From the IMG/VR virus record IMGVR_UViG_2786546795_000004: a stretch of 20,000 nucleotides of DNA; one strand, written 5' to 3'. Shown here piece by piece: positions 8,237 to 16,542 of the stretch. The translations under genes and the position numbers were made by a program. Position 1 is the first letter of the stretch, and the number at the start of each line of letters is the position of its first letter. Source of the DNA: an uncultured virus (IMG/VR IMGVR_UViG_2786546795_000004) (lineage: Duplodnaviria; Heunggongvirae; Uroviricota; Caudoviricetes). Under the pieces are notes generated by a model that did not search any database, was not told the DNA's origin, and saw only the letters and a program-made list of their open reading frames with translations.

Positions 8237-11200
8237 TCACCTTGTCGCGGTGTTGAGAGTATACCCTCTCATATTCCCTCTACTCTCTATCTCCTCTATA
8301 ATTTGGTCTGCTACTTCGGGCACAGTTAATCCATTGAAATTGTTGTGCATAATTACCTCAGTAGAAGTAATAAGTGTTTCAACTCCTTGTTGGTGAACTT
8401 GTCTTACCAAGTCGCCCGAAAGCCTATCGGCAGAAAAACCAAAGAACATTTCTTCTCTTGCATTGTTAAAGTTATGTATTCCATCTGTTACTGTAGTTAA
8501 TGCGCCTACCATACCGTCGGCATCTTCTTTGCCGAAGTCATTAAATGTATCAACATATTCTTGAACTACATTTGTTAAGTCTTCATAACTCTCAATACTT
8601 CTAGTAGACATAAACTCATGCAAATCAACAAAGTCAACAGCAAAATCTTCTACTATTTTTTCTGCTTCTTCTCTTTCTGAAAGTATGCCTCCTGTAAAAA
8701 AGTCTTTGATAAAGGTAGAATATCCGGGGATTTTTAATCCTAGAGGTTCCCAGTAATGCCCGCCCATCGCATCATCAAGGCCCGCCATTAACCTTGCGAT
8801 GGGGTTATCTCCTTCTCCTGCTTCTAATCTGTCTAATTCTTTTTGGGCCTTTATGTAGTCGTTAACTGCGCCCTCTGCGTTTTGAAACTCCATAGTTTCA
8901 AGTTGTCGAGCAAGCAAAACTTCTTCAATAGCAGCATTTTCAGCCCTCTTTGCGTTAACTATTCTAATGCTTGCGGAATCAGTAGCGTCAGCCATACTAT
9001 TTATCATGTTAACATTTTCATCAAATGCAGCAGTTAGAGCAGTTGTTTCTTGAGTCATATATTCCATAACTAAAGCCGTATCTGCTATTTGTCCTCCCAT
9101 GTTATCCATAGAAGTCGTATCGGCTGTCCCAAACAAACCTAGTTTATCAAGGACTGCTTCTATAGCATACACCGCAGCGATTAAAAGCGCAAACTTCGCA
9201 ATTGTAGCGGTCATACTTTTGTTCATCATAAGCATAGAAGTCTTCGCTTTTAAAGCAGCGAAAGCCTGTGTGTGTAAGGCTTTTGTGCTTTGAACTGTTG
9301 ACCATGTATGGGCGTTAGTTGTTGCAGTTGCAGCCGCTTCTGATGCTGCTTTTGCTATCATAGCCTTCATGCTTAGGTAGGCTTGTCCCATTTGTATAGC
9401 CATAGCAGTAGTAGTAAGAATCATACCTATTCGCATTTCTCTTTCTTCTTCTGCAAACATCATAAATCCTGTGCCTAAAGCACCCAATCCCATAGAATAC
9501 TTAATAGCAGTCATACTCCCTTTCAAATGTGCGCCTTCTAATAAATTAGCAGACACAGCCGCACTTCTTGTAGCAGTACCGTTATCTACTAACTCGATAG
9601 TATTTTGTTCTAATGCTACTGTGTTTTCTGCTAATGCGGCCCTAGACTCCTTTAAGTGACGATTGTATTGACCGCGAGAAGCAGCGCTATTTTTAGTGCT
9701 GATGCTTTCCGCTTCCTGCCTTACTATATTTGCCTGTATTTGCTGCCTTTCTAGCATTAGCGCTTGGGTTTTTTCATTTATAGCCATAACCTCTGTATCA
9801 GTTAGTAGTATTGCTTCCTTTTTAACATGAGTTCCGGCTATTTCTTCGCCTCTTAAGGCGCGGTAGACAAGATTTTGTGTTTGTAAAGCAATAGAAAGAG
9901 TCCTAATAGAAATTATTGCTTGTGTAGTAGGACCAACAAAATTAGACATAAGCCTACTCATCATTACTATTCCCGAAGCAATCTTACCAAGTCTACCTTC
10001 TAAAACACTTGCTAGTGTTTGGTTGAATAGGGCTTGCTGTTCAATAACAGCAGTCATAGCAGGTAGTAAAGCATTACCAACTGCACCACTATAATTTTTA
10101 AGTGATGCTTCCGCTCGTTCATAAGCAAACACTTCTGAGTCAAGCCTACGCTCTAACTCCTGCCTTGCTGGGAATTGTGCTAACAGGGCCTCTAACTCAA
10201 GTTCTCTTACCCTGTCTACATTTTCAAGCAATTTAATAAGGCGAGTGTAATGTCTGTTACCGGCTACATTTTGCGCCAGTTGCATTTTCTGTTCGCCGTT
10301 AAGTGTATTATAGTGTTCTGCTAACTCTTGTAGAATACGACTAAATGGCCTCATATCTCCGTTGGTATCGGTAACAGCAATACCAAGATTTTCGATAGTT
10401 GTTCTTGCGCCATTTGTATCTGCACCAAGCCTAGCATATATCATACGCAAGGCACGACCACCCTTACCTTGTTCCTCACCAGCCTCAATTAGTGTAGCCG
10501 ACATAGCGGCCATAGCACCAATACTTTCATTGGTTAAGTGGGCCTGTGATGCAAACTGATTCATAACGAAAGTTATTTGCGACATAGTAGCCGCCGACCT
10601 GTTCTCAACTGTGTTTAGTTGGTCGAGAACTCGTATAGTATCTCGCTTAATCACATTAGATTTTTCTTGTGCCGTCATACCCTCCTCTATGTTCTTAGTC
10701 ATAAACTTGGTCTGTTGGTTTAAGTTAATTAGTCGCTGCATAGCAGCCTCTGTTCCCATACCGCTTATCGCACCAAACATCATACCCATTTCGGTTCCGG
10801 CTGCTGTGCTGCCTTGACCACCCAAAACACCGCTAAGTTGCGCCATACGCGCACCAGCCTCAAAGGCCTCATCGGCAGCAAAACCAAATGATAAACCTAT
10901 TTTTTGGATTTCATTTTCTAATGCTTTTGCCTCATCTATATTGTCTACGAACTTTTCAAACTCAACTCTTGCATTTTCAATCTCAACCGCAATAGGTAAA
11001 ACCTCATCTACGAAATCAAACATCTGTGCTATTTCTGCACCGGCTTCTTGTATACCCATTAGGGAATCTAAGTAAAGAGATTCAAGAACTGTGGCCGTAG
11101 CCCCAGCGTCCTTAAGCATTTTAGTTGCTTGGAATGTTCCCACAACATCGAAGAAGACTCTTGAACCGCTTGCGCGAAGAACAACCATCGCTACTGCACA

Positions 11201-11257
11201 AGCAATAAAAGCAAATGGTGTTAATTGTAGTAGGGCTACTGTTTCAATCCCTATCAT
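8237..11257 (-). CDS. Tail tape measure protein, 1006 aa
   Basis: Ala-rich helical protein with a TP901-type core (GEEQGKGGRALRMIYARL...LGIAVTDTNGDMRPFSRILQEL) and hydrophobic segments; lies downstream of the chaperone pair. Confidence 0.92.
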   Translation of the reverse strand: MIGIETVALLQLTPFAFIACAVAMVVLRASGSRVFFDVVGTFQATKMLKDAGATATVLESLYLDSLMGIQEAGAEIAQMFDFVDEVLPIAVEIENARVEFEKFVDNIDEAKALENEIQKIGLSFGFAADEAFEAGARMAQLSGVLGGQGSTAAGTEMGMMFGAISGMGTEAAMQRLINLNQQTKFMTKNIEEGMTAQEKSNVIKRDTIRVLDQLNTVENRSAATMSQITFVMNQFASQAHLTNESIGAMAAMSATLIEAGEEQGKGGRALRMIYARLGADTNGARTTIENLGIAVTDTNGDMRPFSRILQELAEHYNTLNGEQKMQLAQNVAGNRHYTRLIKLLENVDRVRELELEALLAQFPARQELERRLDSEVFAYERAEASLKNYSGAVGNALLPAMTAVIEQQALFNQTLASVLEGRLGKIASGIVMMSRLMSNFVGPTTQAIISIRTLSIALQTQNLVYRALRGEEIAGTHVKKEAILLTDTEVMAINEKTQALMLERQQIQANIVRQEAESISTKNSAASRGQYNRHLKESRAALAENTVALEQNTIELVDNGTATRSAAVSANLLEGAHLKGSMTAIKYSMGLGALGTGFMMFAEEEREMRIGMILTTTAMAIQMGQAYLSMKAMIAKAASEAAATATTNAHTWSTVQSTKALHTQAFAALKAKTSMLMMNKSMTATIAKFALLIAAVYAIEAVLDKLGLFGTADTTSMDNMGGQIADTALVMEYMTQETTALTAAFDENVNMINSMADATDSASIRIVNAKRAENAAIEEVLLARQLETMEFQNAEGAVNDYIKAQKELDRLEAGEGDNPIARLMAGLDDAMGGHYWEPLGLKIPGYSTFIKDFFTGGILSEREEAEKIVEDFAVDFVDLHEFMSTRSIESYEDLTNVVQEYVDTFNDFGKEDADGMVGALTTVTDGIHNFNNAREEMFFGFSADRLSGDLVRQVHQQGVETLITSTEVIMHNNFNGLTVPEVADQIIEEIESRGNMRGYTLNTATR

Positions 11258-11570
11258 CTAATCTATCTCCACTCTTGTGTTCCCGTATGGGAACCCCGCT
11301 CTCTCTCAATGCGTCAAGAAGTTCGTTGTTGTTTGATAATAGTTTCCTTTGTTCTCTACGCTGGTCCCTACGCGCTACTGCGCCCTTTGCATCTGTTTTT
11401 GATGCTTCTTTGGTGGCCTCAGATATCTTATCATTTATCTCTGCCGCTACTAGAAGGTCCATTTCCATAAGGTGTCGCCCACCCTCTACAGAATACTTTA
11501 GCCATAGTTCTGACGGTAAAGTCCCCTTGTAAGCCATACACAGGCTAGGCGCGACTAAGAGGAACTCTGA
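11244..11570 (-). CDS. Tail assembly chaperone, frameshifted C-terminal part (lambda gpT equivalent)
   Basis: The -1 frame is open from the slippery site (SEFLLVAPSLCMAYKGT...) and continues into track ORF 11244..11537. Position between the gpG-like gene and the tape measure gene fits. Confidence 0.8.
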   Translation of the reverse strand, partial: SEFLLVAPSLCMAYKGTLPSELWLKYSVEGGRHLMEMDLLVAAEINDKISEATKEASKTDAKGAVARRDQRREQRKLLSNNNELLDALRESGVPIREHKSGDRLDDRD

Positions 11571-11908
11571 AAAGGGACTGAGCCTTCTGTATCGTCTCCA
11601 CGAACAAACTGTAGAATAGTATTCAGTTCATCAAATGTTAACATATTTGGGTCTATATCTTCGTCAAGAATACATGGAGGAACCCAAGTTGATATCTGTG
11701 ACTCTATACCGCCACCCATTTCATCAACTATAAGGGCAAACTCCTCGTTTTGCTCATCAGTCCAATCTTCGGGGCTACCAGCGTGTCGCATCTTACGAAA
11801 CGCTTTTCCTTGTATATTGGTTATCTTCAACCGTTCCATTCCCGAAGCCTGTCGAACCCATATCTTTCTTCCGTCGTCTAACTCTATCTCTTTCTTCATA
11901 ACCGGCAT
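11555..11908 (-). CDS. Tail assembly chaperone (lambda gpG equivalent), 117 aa
   Basis: ATG at 11908 (MPVMKKEIELDDGRKIWVRQ) with RBS-like GAGTGA. Acidic protein between tail tube and tape measure; ends at a slippery heptamer. Confidence 0.8.
   Translation of the reverse strand: MPVMKKEIELDDGRKIWVRQASGMERLKITNIQGKAFRKMRHAGSPEDWTDEQNEEFALIVDEMGGGIESQISTWVPPCILDEDIDPNMLTFDELNTILQFVRGDDTEGSVPFQSSS
11570..11576 (-). other. Programmed -1 ribosomal frameshift slippery site C CCU UUU
   Basis: The minus strand reads GTC CCT TTT CAG AGT TCC TCT TAG. The X XXY YYZ heptamer is in the correct phase and the -1 frame joins the downstream ORF. Confidence 0.82.
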
Positions 11909-11947
11909 GGTTTTCACTCTCGCTAATCTAAGCCACACTATATGGCC

Positions 11948-11961
11948 TTAATAAAGAGTTC
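11948..11961 (-). promoter_or_regulatory. TATA-like promoter upstream of the chaperone/tape measure/tail-tip genes
   Basis: The minus strand reads GAACTC-TTTATTAA, sharing AACTCTTTA with the sites at 606-614 and 16547-16555. Confidence 0.5.
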
Positions 11962-12151
11962 ATTCTTCTTCATCAGCCTTAACAGGCTTGGGGGCTGCTT
12001 TAGGGGCAGCCTTTGGTGCTGCCTTAGCAGCCATAGGAAATCTTCGACAATACTTGAGAACTTGAGTCTTTGAGTCCATTTCAGCAATTGCTTTCATGGC
12101 TTCTTCGGGAATATCTTTCCCAAGATTTTTAGCCAATTCTACTAAATCCAT
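11960..12151 (-). CDS. Small hypothetical protein (63 aa) with an AAPK-repeat tail
   Basis: RBS-like GAGG upstream; C-terminus AAKAAPKAAPKAAPKPVKADEEE; fills the gap between tail tube and chaperone genes. Confidence 0.7.
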   Translation of the reverse strand: MDLVELAKNLGKDIPEEAMKAIAEMDSKTQVLKYCRRFPMAAKAAPKAAPKAAPKPVKADEEE

Positions 12152-12160
12152 TCAAACGCC

Positions 12161-13189
12161 TCAGTAAGCAGAAGTTCCGACTGCGCCGCCCTTCATAGTG
12201 ATGTTCATTGTTTTGTCCGCACCGCTTACTGTGTTATCGTAAAGAGCGATAAAATTAACAGACATGGTGTTTGTGTCCCTTCCGCTTACATTTGCGCTTG
12301 GGGCCTCAAATCTTACATTGTATAGGTTAATATGAAGGTAGTTGTTTCCTCCATCCGACTCCTCAAGTAACTTAAGAATAATAGTGGGTGCATCAGCACC
12401 GTCAGACATACTTAGGCCATCAGCCTGTATAAGTGCGTCGTAGTCGGGTGTGTCGTCAGCCTGTGTTCCATAAATTACTTGATTCATTTCGATAGTACCG
12501 CTAACTTCCCTTCGCTGTGAAGGAGGGGCACGCTGATAAGTAGCACCACCAAGAGCATAAGCGTTGTCTGTATCTCTGTTTAGACTTACATCTAACGAAA
12601 ATGACTTAACAGCCGCAGACGCAGTTCCTGCTGGTGAACCGGAACCGTCATCAAAGAAAACACTTCCGTTAGCGAAGTAAAGAGCATCTAAAGCATCTCC
12701 GTCAAAAGTAGCAGTTCCAAGTGCGCTTGTTGCGCTCTCAGACTTACCTACGAAGTCAGCCGACAACATTACATACTCGCCAACACTTGCACTTATTGAT
12801 AGGCTGCTCGCAACCATACCTGTGTATGTGTGTTCTTTCTGTTCCCTACCAACTCTAATTGTGTAGGAGTTGTATGTGTGAGAAGCAGTAGTAGGTTCAT
12901 TAAACTCATGTGTGCTTGAACCGTAACTTGTTTGAGGGAAGAATGCTGCAAGAACATTTCCTGTGAAATCATCTATCTGAACAGCCATATTAAGACCACC
13001 CTCAGAATACTCAGTTCCCGTTACAGACTTTGATGCCGTATGACGGCTCATATCTTGCCGCGTTAGCAAATCGAAATTGTGTGCGAACGACTCATCATCT
13101 ACTTCACCGTAAATGGGTGTGCCGGACGGCTCTGACCCATACGTTGATTCTTTTTCTATTGAAACATATCTATTTAGAAACTCTACCAT
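12161..13189 (-). CDS. Major tail tube protein
   Basis: N-terminal RYVSIEKESTYG; YTGMVASSLSISASVGEYVMLSADFVGK and VKSFSLDVS...REVSGTIE patterns resemble siphovirus tube proteins; canonical position; RBS GAGGT. Confidence 0.85.
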   Translation of the reverse strand: MVEFLNRYVSIEKESTYGSEPSGTPIYGEVDDESFAHNFDLLTRQDMSRHTASKSVTGTEYSEGGLNMAVQIDDFTGNVLAAFFPQTSYGSSTHEFNEPTTASHTYNSYTIRVGREQKEHTYTGMVASSLSISASVGEYVMLSADFVGKSESATSALGTATFDGDALDALYFANGSVFFDDGSGSPAGTASAAVKSFSLDVSLNRDTDNAYALGGATYQRAPPSQRREVSGTIEMNQVIYGTQADDTPDYDALIQADGLSMSDGADAPTIILKLLEESDGGNNYLHINLYNVRFEAPSANVSGRDTNTMSVNFIALYDNTVSGADKTMNITMKGGAVGTSAY

Positions 13190-13227
13190 AAGAATACCTC
13201 TATGTGTATCGTCTACGAGTAGGCTGA

Positions 13228-13240
13228 CCTATAAACATTC
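13228..13240 (-). promoter_or_regulatory. TATA-like promoter for the tail tube gene
   Basis: The minus strand reads GAATG-TTTATAGG right after the upstream stop codon. A predicted ~16-nt leader contains RBS GAGGT. Confidence 0.45.
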
Positions 13241-14296
13241 TTATCTATGACGCATATCAATTCTACGCATATAAGTAAGGTTAAGCACATGAACACAAAC
13301 CACTTCGTCGTTATCCATTTTGGGGTCCAAATCAGCAGAATAATCAGTTATACTGTCTGTAGTGCCTTCGACACCAGTATTTGTGTATAGTTCATCAAAT
13401 ACTTCTCCCATAATGTTAAGTGCTTTACGGTAAGCGTTTTCATAATTAGTTCCTCTTACTGTAATAAATACTTTTACTCCGTATTCTTGAGTAATTTTAG
13501 CGCCAGCAAGCGACTCAAACTCCGGTGAATTGAGGCTTTCTATCAAAACATGAATACTTGGAGAGCCTATTCTATTAAGCATATCAGAAGAAAGGTCATA
13601 ACCATACACTATAGATGAATCATCAACTTGTGTTTTTAGGAAAGGACGAGGGCTATTTTTAAGTTGGTTTACTATTCCTATACCCATTCGTGCTAGAGTG
13701 TCTTGGGCAAAATCAGAAATTAGTAGTTCTTCCGGTGAAAAAGCACCAAACTTAGAGTAGTAAACTGAGGCCCATTTAACGCTTCCGGTGGTGTTACCCC
13801 ACCTTACTGTCTTTCCTGCCCCAGAGGACCCTGTAACGGTACTAAAAACGGCATTAGCGTCGTCGTCGTTAATTATCTCATGCGTATATAGTTTTGCAGT
13901 TCCATCTGAGGCAAGAGTTAATCTTAGGATAAGACTAACTGGTTTATCCTCAGCCATAGCAAGGTCTAAATCATTTACTGTTACAGTAGAAGTACCTACA
14001 AGAGAAAGGCTTGTGTTTGAGCCTGTTGATTGAACTTCTACTTTATGTGTACCATTATCTAGTCGCATAAGAACTTCACCACTATTAGGTGCAGTAGTAT
14101 ATTCTAAACACGCTAGTAGTGTATAGTCATTAGTAGTAGGTGTTATAGTCCATGTTCCATTCGTGATAACCCAGTTTCCGCCGGAAGCAGAACCGCCGCT
14201 ACCGGACCAAGAATCATTAAAGGTTCCTGTTAGGCTTGCTGGGTTTGTGCCGTTCATACGACTATTCCAATACTGAGTCTTTGTTGCTACAGCCAT
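13241..14296 (-). CDS. Tail terminator/completion-like protein with an extra N-terminal beta-sandwich domain
   Basis: Immediately upstream of the tube gene. The C-terminal ~150 aa (PSIHVLIE...EYGVKVFITVR...VCVHVLNLTY) has a terminator-like alpha/beta pattern; the N-terminal ~190 aa is S/T/G beta-rich. RBS AGGTGA. Confidence 0.55.
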   Translation of the reverse strand: MAVATKTQYWNSRMNGTNPASLTGTFNDSWSGSGGSASGGNWVITNGTWTITPTTNDYTLLACLEYTTAPNSGEVLMRLDNGTHKVEVQSTGSNTSLSLVGTSTVTVNDLDLAMAEDKPVSLILRLTLASDGTAKLYTHEIINDDDANAVFSTVTGSSGAGKTVRWGNTTGSVKWASVYYSKFGAFSPEELLISDFAQDTLARMGIGIVNQLKNSPRPFLKTQVDDSSIVYGYDLSSDMLNRIGSPSIHVLIESLNSPEFESLAGAKITQEYGVKVFITVRGTNYENAYRKALNIMGEVFDELYTNTGVEGTTDSITDYSADLDPKMDNDEVVCVHVLNLTYMRRIDMRHR

Positions 14297-14300
14297 TTAA

Positions 14301-15002
14301 TCACCTCTGACCCCTAAGCCTTTTCGCTGGGTCCTTTCTTATGCGCCCGAAATAAGCATACGGGGCTGTGATATCAAAAGAACCCCAACCTTCTTCTGTT
14401 AATTCAACAAGAGATGGTCCGCTTGAGTTCATTCTACTACCTCTTACACCACCTGTAGTTAATTCACCGCCCGAAGTTCCGTCTTCGCTTGACCCAGCAA
14501 CATAAGAAGCAAATTGGTTATCACCGGCCCTACTAGGCCATGTTTCTTCAAAATCTAATGATTCGGCTATGGTGTCGTAAAGGTCCCACACCACCGCCGT
14601 ACTTTCTTTAGCAATATAACCTGTTTCTTTATTGTCCCTGCTTTTGAAAGCACGCGACAAATCAGATATCTTAAGATTTGATTTTTCTTTAGCCTGTTTC
14701 ATAACATCGGACATAAAATGACGCATCTTTTCCTTTATTTGGTCTGCTATATGTTTGTTACCGGCCTCATACGCTAATCTATCAAAGTAAGCGTTCAAAT
14801 GTAATGGGCTGTCTTGCTTCTTTCTCATTCTAAGAGCGTTTTTGCCTGTGTGGGATATTTTGCCCCCCTCATATTGGGTCATAGACTCTACAGATTTTTT
14901 AAGTTCCTGCTCTCCCTTGTCTAATTGTTTAACAACATTTTTTCTAAATATCTCTATGGCCCCGATACGAGGGAAGCCCGGATGATAAATACCCTTTATC
15001 AT
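14301..15002 (-). CDS. Putative neck / tail-completion protein
   Basis: 233-aa ORF with basic stretches between the adaptor and terminator-like genes, RBS AGGTG. Function assigned by synteny only. Confidence 0.4.
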   Translation of the reverse strand: MIKGIYHPGFPRIGAIEIFRKNVVKQLDKGEQELKKSVESMTQYEGGKISHTGKNALRMRKKQDSPLHLNAYFDRLAYEAGNKHIADQIKEKMRHFMSDVMKQAKEKSNLKISDLSRAFKSRDNKETGYIAKESTAVVWDLYDTIAESLDFEETWPSRAGDNQFASYVAGSSEDGTSGGELTTGGVRGSRMNSSGPSLVELTEEGWGSFDITAPYAYFGRIRKDPAKRLRGQR

Positions 15003-15010
15003 CTCAACAC

Positions 15011-15547
15011 CTAATCTACACTACCTAAATGAGCCAGCCTTTTAAGGTTCATCTCACCGCGTTCTCTCAATACTATGCCGCGCAAAGACCCATCCGGCCC
15101 CGAAGTCTGAAACATACTTTCATCTTCAAGGTAATATGATGCGGCTATATCAGCGCATATCTCTCTCAATACATGGGCAAACTCGCCCTCTTGAACTGCT
15201 ACATCATCTGCGTGGTCAAAGGAAAGCCCGCTAACGCCTGTTAAATTATTAGTTGATTTACCCGTCCACTTAAACGAGTCTCCGTCGATATTACCGTTAC
15301 CGGCAGAACTAAAACCAGTTCCGCTTGTTAGTGTAATAGTGTTAGCACCAGCGACTACTGCGCCGTCTAGTGTTGTGTCTTTGATACTCTTACTTGGAAC
15401 ATCCCGCCCATAATCACGAAAGGTTTGGTCTATGTCTATAGTAGCGCGCCTTATAGCGCTTGTTAGTTTAGTATTAGCGCGTGTTCTCTGACCACTATCA
15501 AGACTTAATCTTGAGCCAACATCACTTGTAATACAATAGTAAACCAT
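15011..15547 (-). CDS. Head-tail adaptor (HK97 gp6/SPP1 gp15-like) with an inserted beta domain
   Basis: N-terminal YYCITSDV...AIRRATIDID and C-terminal VLREICADIAASYYL...LKRL are adaptor-type helices, interrupted by a ~65-aa T/G-rich beta insert. Confidence 0.7.
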   Translation of the reverse strand: MVYYCITSDVGSRLSLDSGQRTRANTKLTSAIRRATIDIDQTFRDYGRDVPSKSIKDTTLDGAVVAGANTITLTSGTGFSSAGNGNIDGDSFKWTGKSTNNLTGVSGLSFDHADDVAVQEGEFAHVLREICADIAASYYLEDESMFQTSGPDGSLRGIVLRERGEMNLKRLAHLGSVD

Positions 15548-15689
15548 TAACCATCACCGTCGTAAATCCTATAAGCATCATGTAAAGCATACGCTTCTGT
15601 GTTTTGTGATAGGACTTGAGTGACTTTTCAAGGTTTGTAAGTGTATTAGTAACATTTCTGCACCAACTATACCACTCATTTTCATTCAT
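15522..15689 (-). CDS. Small coiled-coil protein with C-terminal transmembrane segment (55 aa)
   Basis: ATG 15689 with GTGA RBS (MNENEWY...); amphipathic helix followed by MLYMMLIGFTTVMVNGLLLYY. Confidence 0.65.
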   Translation of the reverse strand: MNENEWYSWCRNVTNTLTNLEKSLKSYHKTQKRMLYMMLIGFTTVMVNGLLLYYK

Positions 15690-15693
15690 AATA

Positions 15694-15945
15694 TCACATC
15701 TGACTTGAGATGCCCATAGCACCTGCTACAATTGCTATTAGGGTAAAGATAATCTTTTGCATATTACCCATGTATGTCCCAATAAGACCATTAGTAATTT
15801 CTAATTCTGTAGCAACTTTAGCCAAGCCGGTTTTCATGTCTATGTTAGACTGAACTAATTGTTCTATCAGTCTTTCATGTCTCTTTGCCGTTTCTTCTAA
15901 ATTATCTAGTCTTATGTCTATTACACTATCTTTCTCAGTCACCAT
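15694..15945 (-). CDS. Coiled-coil protein with C-terminal transmembrane segment (holin/XhlA-like architecture)
   Basis: RLDNLEETAKRHERLIEQL heptads followed by KIIFTLIAIVAGAMGI; AGGTGA RBS. Confidence 0.65.
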   Translation of the reverse strand: MVTEKDSVIDIRLDNLEETAKRHERLIEQLVQSNIDMKTGLAKVATELEITNGLIGTYMGNMQKIIFTLIAIVAGAMGISSQM

Positions 15946-16333
15946 CTTCACCTATGCTTGCTTCAATTCGGGCTATTAGGTCGGCCTTCTTGCCCGATAC
16001 GGCAAGACCCTTCTCCTTCAATATAGCCTTCAACTCAGCAACATTCCGTGACTCCAATGTTTCTTCGATAGTCTTTAGTTCTGCTTTTGCCTTTGCTGCT
16101 TGTTCCTTAACTTCGCCCATAGAATCAATTACTTCATCAAGACTAATGTTACCATCAGCATTCAATGTCTGATACTTCTTGTATGCCCAAGCCGCTATAC
16201 CTAGTAGGGCTGCGATTGCTACAAGTAGCATCTCGATATCATCCAATAGGGATGACGAATCCAAAGGTATACAGTCTATCGTTTCGTTAAGTGCATTTAT
16301 GCAAGTCTCTGCTGTTGTGTTATTTCCACTCAT
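15935..16333 (-). CDS. Membrane-anchored protein with EF-hand-like loop, coiled coil and C-terminal SAP domain
   Basis: TM MLLVAIAALLGIAAWAY then KK; loop TLNADGNISLDE; SAP consensus LESRNVAELKAILKEKGLAVSGKKADLIARI. Start is 16333 (GTGA upstream) or 16348. Confidence 0.78.
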   Translation of the reverse strand: MSGNNTTAETCINALNETIDCIPLDSSSLLDDIEMLLVAIAALLGIAAWAYKKYQTLNADGNISLDEVIDSMGEVKEQAAKAKAELKTIEETLESRNVAELKAILKEKGLAVSGKKADLIARIEASIGEDGD

Positions 16334-16334
16334 T

Positions 16335-16520
16335 TTATTCACGCTCATATATTACTTGTGTTACTGCTGAGAATGGAATGACGCTAAAAGGTTTCGCTGT
16401 TCCTGCCCGATAAATCTTGTAGCCATGAGGTGTTTCTTCAATGTTTACATTGGTGTATGATTTTTCGGGTGGAGAATAAACGATTTTACCTCTACGCACT
16501 TCTCTGTCCTCAGCAGACAT
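16335..16520 (-). CDS. Hypothetical small beta-rich protein (61 aa)
   Basis: ORF tiles with its neighbours and has its own TATA-like box at -30. Confidence 0.65.
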   Translation of the reverse strand: MSAEDREVRRGKIVYSPPEKSYTNVNIEETPHGYKIYRAGTAKPFSVIPFSAVTQVIYERE

Positions 16521-16542
16521 ATATCCTCGATAACACGAACCA

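Noticed and set aside
11244..11537. 97-aa ORF as an independent gene starting at ATG 11537
   Set aside because: No clear RBS, and the frame is open back to the slippery heptamer; better explained as the frameshift extension.
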